A stretch of DNA of 64,000 nt from Octopus sinensis. Taxonomy: Eukaryota. The stretch is from contig NC_042998.1 of NCBI RefSeq assembly GCF_006345805.1, positions 64,480,001 to 64,544,000 on the forward strand, read 5' to 3'. Made by a program: the position numbers and the translations under genes. The notes under the pieces were generated by a model. The model saw only the letters and a program-made list of their open reading frames with translations. It did not search any database and was not told where the DNA came from. Positions 12,900 to 28,441 of the stretch are shown in pieces (position 1 is the first letter of the stretch; each line of letters opens with the position of its first letter).

Positions 12900-15800
12900 A
12901 TCTGCGGATGTGGTGCGCGGTAACCCAACAAATGGCCAGCTTCACCCAGATGTGAGAAGGGCAGCAGCTGAACAACAATCTTTTTTGTGCATGGCACAAA
13001 AAATTGTTCAGCAGCTGACCTGGCTACAAGCACAAACCTGGAACTACCACCACATAAGGCCACCACCAACAGACGCAGGATGACCACCACAGACACCAAC
13101 ACCAACACACAAACCACAAAAATATTTCTACTGAACGTAGGTGGGCTGCTGCGCGGCAACTGTAAAATAACAATCTCATTCCTGAGAGACATTGTGACAT
13201 GCAATCGAGCTATATGCATGGCACTCACAGAAACGCATCTTGGACCCGATATAGGGGATGCAGAAATACACATGCCGCAATATGCAGTCATACCCTCAGA
13301 TAGGAAAGGGAGGAGCCATGGTGGAGTTGCAATGTACATCCCAGATGACCTCACGCCCCAGGTCCTGTTGTCATATTCAAACTGAGTGTGTGACACTCAA
13401 ATTGTACACATAAGACAATTGAATATCGTCATATGCACTACATATCGCCCACCAGATGCCCCAAATCACTCAGGCATATTTGAATACTGCCTAACGAAAA
13501 TAGGAGAAGTCCTCACCAACCTTGAACAACACAACAGTGTATTCTTCATGGGTGACTTTAACTTCCCCAGTGTGGAATGGCCTGGGAGGGGGAGCAGATG
13601 CTCTCAGGGATGACACACCATCAGCAGGCACAGGCAGAGTCCCTGCTCCATCTCACAAATGCCTCTTTTATGGAGCAAATATTTCTGCAACCAACAAAGG
13701 CAGATAATATACTGGATCTCTGCTTCACAAACAATATGGATATTATCCATAATGTTAAAGTGACGCCGACAGTGATCTCGGATCACAACATAATAGAGCT
13801 GTCTATGTATGGACCAAAAGCCCCCGTAGACACACAGCCTATACGAAGCATCCACCATCTCTCCAACTTAAACTTTCATAAAGCAAACTGGAAGTTGATT
13901 GAGAAAGAGAACCTCAAACAGGATTGGCCTAAATGTCTCTTCACACCGGCCATTAACATGAAACACAAACACTTAATGTCCATAATACAAGCCATATGTG
14001 ACAAATATGTCCCAGTGTGCAGGGCCAGCGCACACAAAAACAAAAACAGGATCCCTAGAGAAAGGAAGGTCCTTATGAGACGATGGACAAGGATTGCGAA
14101 CCGCCTGAGCAAGCACACTAAAAGTTGTGACAAGTCTCGGCTCGAGAGAATGCTAATGGAAATTGAGAAAAGTCTGCATCAGTCCCATGAAAAGGAGAGA
14201 GCAGATAAAGAAGCTTGGGTAATAGAAAATATAAAATCAAACCCTAAAGCTTTCTTTAAGTTTGCCAAAGAGACAGCCACAGTGCACCAGAGAATAGGAC
14301 CTCTCTTCCAAAAAGATGGCTCTCTCACAGGAAATCCCACGAGGATAAGTGAAATACTGAACGAACAATTCCAAAGTGTGTTCACTACACCTCTAGGACA
14401 CAGGCAAGTAAACAACCCAGAAGAATTCTTTGCCACTTTACCTGCGGCCAAAGAGGCAAAAATGGAGTACATCAACACTGAAGATGATATCACACTAGCC
14501 CTTGATGAGATTGACACAAACTCAGCTGCTGGACCTGATGGATTTCCAGCGATTCTTCTCAATTCGTGCAAACGAGCCCTTGCAAAACCGCTACAGCTTC
14601 TTTTTCAAAGCTTTCTTGCAAGTGGTAAGCTCCCAGTCAAATTGAAAGAAGGCGTAATATGCCCTATCCATAAGGGATGTAGCAGAGCAGATGCTAAAAA
14701 TTATAGGCCTATCTTTCTGACCTCACACATCAGCAAAGTCATGGAACGAATAGTCCGCAAGAAACTAATCATGTTCCTTGAAGAAAATGACTTGCTGTCT
14801 GACACCCAGCATGGATTTCGACCAGGTAGAAGCTGCCTAACAAAGCTCCTGCAACACTATGACTGAGTGTTAAAACAGCTACTATATGGCTCAAATGTGG
14901 ATGTAATATATCTCGACTTTGCAAAAGCCTTTGATAAAGTCGACCATGGTATGATCTGTCACAAACTGCGTGGTCTCGGCATAGGCGGAAAACTTGGAGA
15001 GTGGCTGCACAACTTCCTAAGAGACTGAAGACAGGCAGTTGTGAGCAATGGAGCCACCTCCAGGGAAACACAAATAACAAGCAGTGTTCCACAGGGCACT
15101 GTCTTGGGGCCACTGCTGTTCATTATGTCCATTTCAGACATGCGTTCAGTTGCTACAATGGCCACCCTTGCTAGCTATGTAGATGACAAAAAAGTCTCCC
15201 ACACAATACACAAAACCCTGAAAATATTGAGCATCTGCAACAGGAGTTGGATACAATATATAGGTGGGCTGAAGACAACAACATGCAGTTTAATGCAGGT
15301 AAGTTCCAGGCCCTGCGCTACCGGCACACAAAGGTAAACGACGTGCAGACTGGATACGCTGGCCCATGAAGAATTGCAATCCCTGAGTCAAATTCAGTGC
15401 GTGACCTGGGCATTGACATGAGCAATGATGCATCTTTCCAAGTGTATGTTACTAATCTGGTGATAAAATGCAGACGGCTAGCTAGATGGATTCTCCGAAC
15501 TTTCAGAACAAGAGAGAAGGAGACACTGATGGTCCTCTGGAAAACATTTGTCCTCAGCCGCTTGGACTACTGCTCCCAACTATGGTCACCACACAATATA
15601 AAACTAACAGCAGAACTCGAAGCAATTCAGAGAAGCTACACAAAGAAGATCGTCCCAATGCAAAATATCAGCTACTGGGAAAGACTGAAAGTATTAAACC
15701 TCTTCTCCCTAGAGCGGAGGCGGGAGAGATATGCGGTGATATACATCTGGAAAATCCTGGAGGGTCTTGTCCCAAACTTTGGCATTCAAAGTTACCCCAA

Positions 15801-16143
15801 CCGCAGAACGGGGCGCGACTGCATTGTACCAAAGATTCACACATCACTATCGAAATACAGGTCAAGATACTGCAACAGCTTAGGTTTCAGAGGACCACAG
15901 CTCTTTAACATCCTCCCTAAATGCCTGAGAGACTTACATGGTGTGGATGTGGGTTTCTTTAAAAGTAAACTGGATCTCTTCTTGTCGGGAGTCCCAGATG
16001 AACCTACCTCACAACAGGAGACGCAGATGCGGGCAGCAGCATCGAACTCCATTGTTGATCAAGTGCCACGTATCAGAGGTGGATTCACATATTAGTGTAG
16101 CTCATTCAGCGGTGGTGCCGCTGAAGGATTTAAGGATTTAAGG

Positions 16144-16147
<4 letters not shown>
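12900..16147 (+). mobile_element. CR1-group LINE with near-complete but inactivated ORF2 (APE endonuclease plus RT)
   Basis: APE motifs ALTETHL, YRPP, MGDFN, DNILDL and SDHN. RT motifs GPDG, QHGFR, DFAKAFDKV, PQGTVLGP and YVDD. Stops at 13383, 14864, about 15026 and 15368; frameshifts near 13590 and 15208. Ends in short ggatttaa repeats, then (TA)n. Confidence 0.95.
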
Positions 16148-16183
<36 letters not shown>

Positions 16184-16185
<2 letters not shown>

Positions 16186-16545
16186 CTTTTTTTCAGAATG
16201 AGAAAAAAAAACCGAGACTATGAAGTAGATTTTAGAACATTTATAAATAGGTCTTACAGCTGTTTTCAGGATATTTATTATATCCCTTCACCGGAGACGG
16301 TGTGAGAAAATGGTTAAGCAATAGTTAATTTATATAACATACGAAATAGAGAGTGAAGTGGAAGAATGAAAACAGATGTAAGATATGCTGGAATATATCA
16401 TTTGTAGATTCACTATTTAGGCAGACTGGTATACATATAAGATTCCAATATATCGTGAGTGAAATCCAATCGTATTTAAAATTGGTCAGAATAGATCAGA
16501 AACCGGCTCTTTTTCTATTGGCAAGAAATCTTGAAATAAAATATG
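16184..16545 (-). mobile_element. PLE-derived terminal-repeat fragment carrying a hammerhead fold
   Basis: Reverse complement aligns over about 250 bp with 46243-46495. Contains an HHR-like fold at 16251-16298. Confidence 0.7.
16251..16298 (-). ncRNA. Minimal type-I hammerhead-like motif, variant core CCGGUGA
   Basis: Minus strand gtct-CCGGTGA-a-gggatat/atatcct-GAAA-AC agct GT-A-agac. Stem I 4 bp, stem II 7 bp, palindromic stem III loop, GUA triplet. Confidence 0.65.
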
Positions 16546-17269
16546 TATAACATATATACATGCACGTGTGTGAATGTATGTATGTATGTATATATATTTG
16601 GATGAAGGTACGAATGTATGTTTGCATGCGTGTGTATTGCTGTTAAATTTGTATCGTTCTCTTATATACTTAATTTCACTATAAACATTAATGCTTATTT
16701 ACATAATTAAGCTTTAAATATGATTGATAAACATTTACGATTCAGAACTAACTTTCAATTGTATACATAACATCGTAAGAACACGTTTGTATACCATGAC
16801 ACCTGTTAACCTTCACAACAAAAGTCTATCTAAGTAAGATTTTTTATGGAGATGTATTCATATCATGAATTAAAGATGATATTGGTGTACCGCTGTATTG
16901 TCTCTGTCTGAAAGGTAAAAATGTGACAATTGTATTTCTTCAACTGACGATTGTTACTACAGAGAGCTTCTGCTATCTCTTAATACTTTCGTTCATTGAC
17001 AGTGACCATGCTAGAGCACCAACTTGTAATGTTCAACTAAATAAATCAACCCTAGCACTTATTTTCTTTCTAAGCATCTGACTTTTATTCTTATTTAATT
17101 CTTATTCACACATCCTACCTTTTTTTATTTTTTATATCTATATATATATATATGTATATTTTTACTATGATATACATATTTATTGCATATCTTGTACTTT
17201 TTTATATTTATATATAATTCTTATTTACATTTGCAAATAACATATCGTACTTTTCGTTTTTTTTTCTAG

Positions 17270-18000
17270 GTATGAATGATCTACTCGGCGTCAGTCTCCG
17301 GAGTGATATTTGATCAAATTATAGAGTGTTTGAGTATCGGTTTAGAGTCTGAAATGGGATAGCTTACCTCATTGCTAGGTAGAATCTTTTTAACTTTGGT
17401 TGGTAATCTACCTAGAAGGAAATCTCTGAAATAAAAACTGATGCCTGGAAGTACTTGGTTTTGTCAGTTTTCATTTCACACCGGTGAAAGTCTTCTTCGG
17501 CCAATAGGTGGGGGTAGTGCAGTGCAAGCTACACCCACTGAAAATTATTCACCTGCACAGGTACTTCCCGTACACGAAATCGTAATAAAATCATTGAATT
17601 GGTTGGCTGGCAGAAACCTAAAAATGCACTTGTAATTTACTCTAAAAATGCCTCAAACAGATTCTGCAAATGACGAAAATGGCTTGGGAACGTAAGGGGA
17701 ACAGGTCTGGCTCGGTAGGTGTCACAGTGTGTCGAAAGCTGAAGTCGGTCGTTATCTTGTCACTGGTCAGACAACCTTCAGGAAAAGCTAAAAATAAACA
17801 TCCTTTGAATTTTGGCTGTTGGAACTGCGCACACTTGATGATAATTTCAACACGAGGCGAGAAAGGCGTACTGCAATTATTGGATGTGAGTTTAATAAAC
17901 ATTTCCTTGATATAGTTGCGCTATCTGTAACTCGTCTCTCTGTTGAGGGTCAAGTAAATGAACCTATTTATGGATATACTATATTTTGGAGAGGCAAATA
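17270..18000 (+). mobile_element. 5' fragment of an RTE-clade LINE (probable 5' UTR plus endonuclease N-terminus)
   Basis: LNFGCWN / RTLDDNFNTRRERRTAIIGCEFNKHFLDIVALSVTRLSVEGQVNEPIYGYTIFWRG matches the RTE/BovB APE N-terminal pattern. The 5' boundary is a guess. Confidence 0.75.
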
Positions 18001-18166
18001 TGTAAAACAGAAGAAAAAAATAACGAAAACAGGGTGTAGGGTTAGTTACGGACGCGTTGCTGTAGTAGAATTATAAATCAGTACCTACCGATAATGGTTA
18101 TATTTACATACTGAAATCTACCCGAAAATAATTGTTGGTTTTTTAAGATTAATAATTATTTACCCT

Positions 18167-18249
<83 letters not shown>

Positions 18250-18261
18250 TTTTGAATAATG

Positions 18262-18794
18262 TTACCATATGGTTTTGTTTTCACGTTATGGAATTTAAGA
18301 AAAATATAAATCATTTTACAATGAGAAAATGTGTTACATATTAAAAAATATTTTGTAATATTCATAAAGTTCAATTAGCGCTTTCATAGTTCGTAGTAAT
18401 CATCAGATTTCAAAATATGTTGAACTGATATTTGAGTTCTTGACAACTATAATAAAATGACTAGCTTCTCCATTTTTACACCTTTTAGAAGTCTCCAAGA
18501 AACCGAAATTTTGTAATACGGTTTGACCAATCCGCAATGAAACTTGAACAGTGTTCCTAAAATTCGGCTTGTAAGAGGTTCAAAAGGGTAAAAGCGTCAT
18601 TTTACTAAAGTTTTAAAGAACTCAGCTGTCAGTGTAATACATTTAGAAATCTGATGATCACTACAAATGCATAAAAGCGCTAATTGAACTTTATGGACGT
18701 TACAAAATATTTTATTTAATGTTTAACACACTTCAACATTGTACAAAAAAATTTACCTTAATAAAACACGTGATTAACAGACCATATTTTAACC
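18262..18794. repeat. Fold-back element with diverged arms of about 225 bp, HHR-like motif in each arm
   Basis: cataaagttcaattagcgcttt..atcatcagattt is mirrored by aaatctgatgat..aaagcgctaattgaactttatg. Confidence 0.8.
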
Positions 18795-21640
<2,846 letters not shown>

Positions 21641-21643
21641 TAT

Positions 21644-21707
<64 letters not shown>

Positions 21708-22699
21708 TATGTATATATATATGGGTGCGTGCGTGTGTGTGTGTGTCTGTATGTTTGCGCACGCAGATGTTTATATGTGGTTTTTATAAGCAGGGGCAAT
21801 TTAACCATTTACCTGTAAGTTGAAGAAAAAAGGATGAAAAGCCTTAATTGAATTTCGAAAACTAGTGTGTACACGTCAGGGGTGTCCTCATCAAACCGAT
21901 GAAACCTGGTGAAACCAGCAGCCAATCTGATTAGGTACACCACAAACCCATTAGCTCCAGAAAATTGAATTCACTAATTTCTATATAGTAAGTGTTTAAC
22001 ACGTTATATATAAACAAAAATGCACACACATACAGACATACAGACAAAAACACACACAGACGAACAAACACACAAATACTCACACACACACACTTATGTA
22101 TAGACACACATATATAAACGTAGTTTATTAGGAAGAAGGAAAGGAAGAAAGAACAAAAGAAAGAACGAAAGAAAGATAGAACCAAAGGAAATATGAAATA
22201 ATTTTGGATGCAGGAAATTAGACGCGGTTTGGCAATATATATTTATACACGAAATATAAGTGCAGAAATATTTCTTGGAGACAAAATGCCAGTGTAAAGG
22301 ATTTTTATGCACACTTATACTCAGGCGCATATATTTACACACACTTACACAGTGGACAGAACAGCATACAAACATGCATACACAGAAATGGATAATTCAT
22401 CGCAATTTTCTTTCAACTTATTCGTTTTAAAATACACAAAATGTGCACACACACACACAGCAATAAATAAATAAAACGAACAAAACAAAAACACAAGCAC
22501 ACTTTGTAAATAAAATCGATGAAGAACCTATGCAGTGAAAATCCTGGCCAAAGAAGAAATATTGCAGTTTCGAAGAATCGATGTCAAATTCTGGAGACAT
22601 GATTACGTGATTCATTGCTTCAAAACGAATGTTTTCTTGTTAAGAAAACTGCTGACTTACTAGTAAGAAATTGCTTTCAAATTTGGTTGGAGGACCAAC

Positions 22700-22855
22700 A
22701 ATTTCAGGAGAGAGTGTAAGTCGCTTATTTGACCTCATTGTTTAATTGTTAATTATTTTATTGACATCGAAATGATGAAAGGGAAAGTCGACCTCGGCGA
22801 AATTTAAACTCAGGACAGAGAGACCTAAAGACAGACGAAATGCAGATCGCCGTCT
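22700..22855 (-). mobile_element. tRNA-derived SINE, second family (Meta/MESC-like central domain)
   Basis: gatgaaagggaaagtcgacctcggcgaaatttaaactcag is shared with copies near 40550, 47690, 57420 and 57915. Confidence 0.7.
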
Positions 22856-23059
22856 TACGATTATCTAAAAAGCAACAGTGAAGCAATTACAGAAAGTTTT
22901 GTAAGTATAAGCACTAAAATTATCTATGGCAATTTTAGAAAGAGACATTAAATCTGTCAGTCAGCATTATACATCGTAACTAGATCATATACCCCACAAA
23001 ATAGTTCACTCTAAAATATTAGGCCTGAAATATATGTTTTAAGGAGTAAATTGCTAAAG

Positions 23060-23264
23060 ATTTAGGGTTACGAACCACTAGGTGGGTAACCACATGCTAG
23101 AAGAAGATCACATACGATCTAACTACAAAGAAAATATGTTCTCCAGAGAAAATTCAACGTGTTCGTTGAATTTTCTCTGGAGAGCATTCTTTCTTTTTTT
23201 GTAGTTAGATCGTATGTGATCTTCTAGCATATGGTTATCTGCCTAGAGGTTTGTAGCCCTAAAT
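23060..23264. repeat. Fold-back palindrome, arms of about 100 bp, 4-nt loop
   Basis: agaagatcacatacgatctaactacaaa..ctccagagaaaattcaacg-tgtt-cgttgaattttctctggag..tttgtagttagatcgtatgtgatcttct. Confidence 0.9.
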
Positions 23265-23469
23265 ATACACATGTATTGAAATATATATATATATATATAT
23301 AATATGTTTGAACGCCACGCATTCATTTCCGAGTAAGATTTATCTTAATAATTTCGATGCAACCCTTATTGCTCTATTTCTATCTCTTTCTAGTTCTCTT
23401 TCTTTTTATCTCTCCCCTTTCATTTCGTTTCTCTTTCCTTCTCTAATTCTTTTTAACTCTCCTTCTCCC

Positions 23470-24280
23470 CTTTTCATACTTTTGGACATTTTCAAAATTT
23501 CTGCGTCTCCTCTCTATGGTAGAGGATGGCTGCTACAAGCTATGCGGTTTCAATTTATCTATCCTTAATTTAGCAGCACGTTTGCCACAGTAAGTAGGAT
23601 GTAGTGCCCACTCAGATGATCTCAAGGCCACAGTGGAGTATTTCTTTGCTTCATTTTCGTTTACAAAAAGCGCCTCCACGGTGCCGAATTCCCGTCTTCT
23701 AGTGTAGAACGTGATAATGTCCTTCACCTCTCTCAAATACTCCTCAACTGCTTCCACCACTACTATTTCTACTTTCTTCGTTGCTATGTTTAACGTTCTA
23801 TAGATAAAAGTCCTTCTCTCGGTATTCTCTAAGACTTCCTTGCGAGGCGTCAGCATAAGACGGTTTCTGTCCGTCTTCAATAAGTCGTTATACTTCTTGA
23901 AATTCTTGTCATTAACTTTTATTTCGCGGATTTGTAGTAGCTCCGCTGACAGGCTTTTTCCAGTGACTGCAGCATAACATCTCGCTTGCACTAGTCTGTT
24001 TTCCATATTCTTCACCACTTCACCCTTTGGAGAAGACAAAGTTAGAAAAATTCCAACAAGTTCAACAATAACAATGCAACAATTCTGGATTTAACAGGTT
24101 CACAACAAAAGGGTAACAATTGCAGTACTCACATGGAGTACTCACTTTCAACTCAAATGCAACGAAAATTGTTCACAGTCAACTGCAACTAACACCAACT
24201 GCAAATCACTAAGAGTTCTTTACTTTATAAAAATGAGTTAGTCTACCTTACTTGACAGTGGTCGGAATCCTTCCACGCCA
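23470..24280 (-). mobile_element. Probable 5' UTR plus ORF1 N-terminal fragment of a non-LTR retrotransposon
   Basis: Non-repetitive 168-codon open frame (23533-24039) with protein-like composition. It starts next to a (TA)n tract and decays by frameshift. The family assignment is inference only. Confidence 0.45.
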
Positions 24281-24326
24281 TATATATATATATATAATAT
24301 ATATATATATACACACATATGTATGT

Positions 24327-24360
<34 letters not shown>

Positions 24361-24364
24361 CGAG

Positions 24365-24476
24365 CAAAACGCTCCCCGTCCACTGGACGGTGCTGAGTTG
24401 TCAAACATTTAAATCAAATATTCTCAAAGCAACTTGTCCGACCGTCCCACTGGCCACCCCTTTGAGAAACACTGAT
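24365..24476. mobile_element. Possible hAT-type MITE end
   Basis: Ends tttgagaaacactg, the reverse complement of a Charlie/MER5-like cagtgtttctcaaa terminus. Partner TIR not seen. Confidence 0.35.
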
Positions 24477-25673
24477 TTAACCTAATTTTGAGACACCGAG
24501 TATTTTTCTCGCGTATGTGTAATATAGATCGCAATAGCAGCTGTACTTGCGGGTACAAATGTACGTTTCCTCGGTTTTATCGATCGTATTCTCATCTGGA
24601 ATCGAATGGAGGATGCTCGAGAACCTAGAAGACACACGCATAGACAGACAGAACGGATATATAATATATATATATATATATATAGTTCTTAAAAACGAAT
24701 ATTGTTCACAATGACTTAGATGTTTCAGGCAGCTGCTATGTCATCGTTGTAATGGCCGAAAATTGGAAATAATTGCCAATAATATTCTTGTTTAAGAATG
24801 ACATGCATACAATGGCACTTACATAAACTGATTCACAGATTGATTGGTAGATACATAGTAAGATAGATAAAATCACTTAAAAATCAAGTAAAGCAGTTAA
24901 ATATCAATGGTAAGCGGCCGAATTGTGTTCCAGAGCAAAAGTAAAACATGATTTGATCTAAGTGTTACAGAATGCAACATAGGAGGAAATCGTCTATATT
25001 AAAAGTTTGACACTTGAACCTCGTTATTAGTTAGTTGGCCTGGCCAAACTGTTTTCGTGTGTCGATGGTTACTATGGTAATAATTTCTGTGACATTTTCC
25101 AGTTCTATTTATGTGTTATTTTCAGGGTAGATTTGAATAACGTAGCCTTTAAGAAGAATAGCGTTTTGAAATATTGTAGTGTGAAATGAACTTTCTTATT
25201 GTTCAGGGTTATGTGATGAGCCTTCTTCGTTATTTCATACCAGGATAGTAGCATTTTGTGGAGAATGTATAGAGAATATGATCCATTCTATAGAAATAAC
25301 TTTGCGCTCACCGTTGCGTTGTAGACAACGAGTGACATATTGGAGATGCTTTATGATATATCCCCTCTTACACATATTCAGAATGGGAGAAGCAAAATGT
25401 CAGAAACAATAAGTCGAAACGAAGAATAAAAAATAAATATATCGACGGAACTGAAATGCTCTCTTATACCTTATTAACAATTGCTGAAATCGCCTTAAAA
25501 TTGCTATCATCAGATCATCTTCATTGAAAAATCAATAACACTTGCTAGTGAAACAAGATCTCATCGTATATTATTTTTATTTTATTTGTTTTCAACAATA
25601 CATATCTAAGTATTTGTGTATGTATATATACATACATATATTTTTTATATACGTCTCCCTTTCTATATATTTG

Positions 25674-25706
<33 letters not shown>

Positions 25707-26684
25707 GTATATAGGCATTTATAGATATCTATATATACATATATATTTTTAGAAGTGTGTGTGTGTCTGTGTGTGTCTGCACACATATGTGAGCGCGCAC
25801 ACACACATTTGTACATACATGTGTGTTTCTGTGCCTGGCAATTAGTTCATGTGCTTATAGAATATCTGTACAGAAACAAACTCGCATACATACATAGATA
25901 CACACATACACACGCACACATACAAATGAAAACACACAAACTCACACAAATGTGTGTGTTCATATTTATTTAACTGAGATTGAAATGAGAAAATAACGAA
26001 AAGCTAATAGAATTTCTATACGCCATTTGTAATAATTAGAAATACGATGTTTATAAAATAAAGTGAAAGAAAAAGTAAAAACGAAATTGCTTTCATATTA
26101 CATTGTCAGTTGATTTTTGTTAAATTATTATTAATCACATTGCTATGTATGATTAAAATTACATCTCCGCTACCACACAATGGCCAATATTGTAACACCA
26201 TAATAAGAAAAGAAACAAAGAAATAATATTCTAAATAATATTAGTTTAGAAAATTATTGTTCTAAATTTTCATAATTGCATGCTATCGGTTCTTGGATTA
26301 AAATAAAAAAAAAAAAACATATCTATATATATTGCGCGATTTTAATTTATTTTGTGAGTTCTTCAAAATACTTCATCTAGAAAACAACTTTATAGAGCAT
26401 TAGACCAATGTTAGAAAAAAAAACCCAGATAAGGAATATAATTTTATTTCTATAACAAGGGAATTCACAGAATTCATATCAAAATTCCTAAAACAAATGC
26501 GGAGATATGTGGAGATGAACAGAACTAGTTCTAGACGTATCTGCCCCATGCTCAAAGACATAAATCATCAAACGTAAATTTAAAAACAAACATCTATACA
26601 TATACAGGCACATACATACATGCATACATAAACACACACACATACATACATAAATACATGCATATATATCTATACGTATTTATC

Positions 26685-26908
26685 TTTTATCTTTCATTCT
26701 TTTACTTGTTTCAGTCATTTGACAGTGGCCATGGTGGAGCAAAAACTCGAAGAAATCGACACCAGGCCTTATATTTTTTTAAGCCTGGTACGTAATCTAT
26801 CTATCATATTTTCCTCGCACTATATGCAGGTACGTGAATACACCAGTGCCGATTGTCAAGAGACGGTGGAATACACGGACAAAAGATATTCATAGTTATA
26901 TGCATAAT

Positions 26909-26959
<51 letters not shown>

Positions 26960-27212
26960 TTTATTTTGGGTATGGTAGATGAGTTCAGCAAAAAGTTAGA
27001 TTCAGATCAATATGGTACTTAAGTGGAAGTACCAGAATTTAGTACGGTATTATCCATACACTTTCGATGTAAGGTGATTATAATCAAACTGAGCAACAAG
27101 GATATCAAGAGGTAATGCAGTACGATCGTTTTATGCAACTCCATTTAATTGAACAAAGCAATCATTACATCAGTTTAAAATGCAGAGCAATCTTCAGCTG
27201 CACAAAGGCATA

Positions 27213-27256
<44 letters not shown>

Positions 27257-27410
27257 CAACAGGCTTCTTTCAATATCCGTCTAACAAATCCATTCATAAA
27301 GTCTTGTTTGGCCCGAGGTTATAGTGGAAGGCATTCATCCAAGGTGCTATGCATTGTGACGGAACCCGGAACCGTTTGCTTGGGCAGCTAACTTCTTAAC
27401 AGACAGTCAC
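26685..27410 (-). mobile_element. CORE-like SINE split by an insertion in its internal microsatellite
   Basis: 3' half at 26685-26900 (ttacttgtttcagtcatttgacagtggccatg) and 5' half at 27258-27410 (ggcccgaggttatagtggaag..gaacccgga). Confidence 0.75.
27116..27202 (-). ncRNA. Hammerhead-like motif with long stem II and G12A change
   Basis: Minus strand tgcag-CTGAAGA-[imperfect hairpin of about 58 nt]-AAA-AC gatc GT-A-ctgca. Perfect 5-bp stem I and palindromic stem III loop. Confidence 0.65.
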
Positions 27411-27862
27411 ACCATGCATAATCATTTGCCATAGAAACACCATTAATACCAAAAGCAATTTTTATTGCGAACTCTACATGGATGTTTTGCTGAACACCGA
27501 TTAGTGAGTTGTTTACTTTGAGAAAACATCGCATACGGTTTCAGTGGGATGAAGGCACACACGTTTATAATGCTGGCTGAGGACAAGTCTGGCACGAGCG
27601 CTGAAACTGTCAGATCACATATTTCGACTACCTCGTTTACTCAGGGGTAAATGAAAATCTTATGCTAGATAAAATATGTGTGCTTTCATGCACCACGCGT
27701 AAATATAAAGGTCCTTTCAATGGAAAACAGTGCAATATTCGGCGGTCTGACAGACCATCCACGTTAAGTTGAATTCTGATATTAATATTAACTCTGCTAC
27801 TACTAATTTTATCACTATATATCTGCCGGCTATTTGCAACACTAGAGGCTGGAATGTAACTG

Positions 27863-27935
<73 letters not shown>

Positions 27936-27951
27936 ATAATATATATATTAT

Positions 27952-28410
27952 CATTGTACGATGTGGAAAATATACCGCCAACTTTGCCCAAACGACCTAA
28001 CATTAGCTTCAAGTTCATCCGAGACTTGGACCACGGCTATACGTCCCCTGCCAATTCAAGATCACAACATACATGTACACTGCAACATAATTTCTTTTCC
28101 TCAACAGGCCCTGCCCTATTTAACATTGTCCCGAGGGAGATCAAGAGGAAAAGGATCCCATCAACTTCAAACAGAGTCTGGATAGATTCCTTCAAAGATA
28201 CCAGACAAGCCACCCATAATTGGATACAACTCACCCAACAAGAACTCACTACTTGAACAAACTGGATATAACTCACCCAACAAGAACTCACTACTTGAAC
28301 AAAACTTGACTTAAACAGGATTCGAATAATCCTATCAGGTGGTGCTATTAAGTTAGACATGGCCTGGACCAATCTCTGGTCGAAACATATCTAAGTTTTA
28401 TCTAAGTTTT
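27952..28410 (+). mobile_element. Short 3' fragment of a CR1-group LINE
   Basis: MWKIY..CPN and HNFFSSTGPALFNIVPREIK. Internal 42-bp tandem duplication at 28221-28304. Tail (tctaagtttta)x2. Confidence 0.8.
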
Positions 28411-28441
28411 ATATATATATATACACGTGTGTGTGTGTGTG

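Noticed and set aside
12722-13396. 224-aa minus-strand ORF
   Set aside because: Antisense shadow of the LINE endonuclease region running into microsatellite.
17250-17290. Strong-looking splice acceptor (tttttttctag/g)
   Set aside because: No credible exon follows; the downstream sequence leads into an RTE fragment.
21890-21925. CCGATGA-aacctggt-GAAAC
   Set aside because: No GUH triplet or stem I; compatible with chance.
28221-28304. 42-bp direct repeat (and the 24-bp repeats at 54983) as a CRISPR-like array
   Set aside because: Head-to-tail duplication without spacers, inside eukaryotic repeats, with no cas genes.
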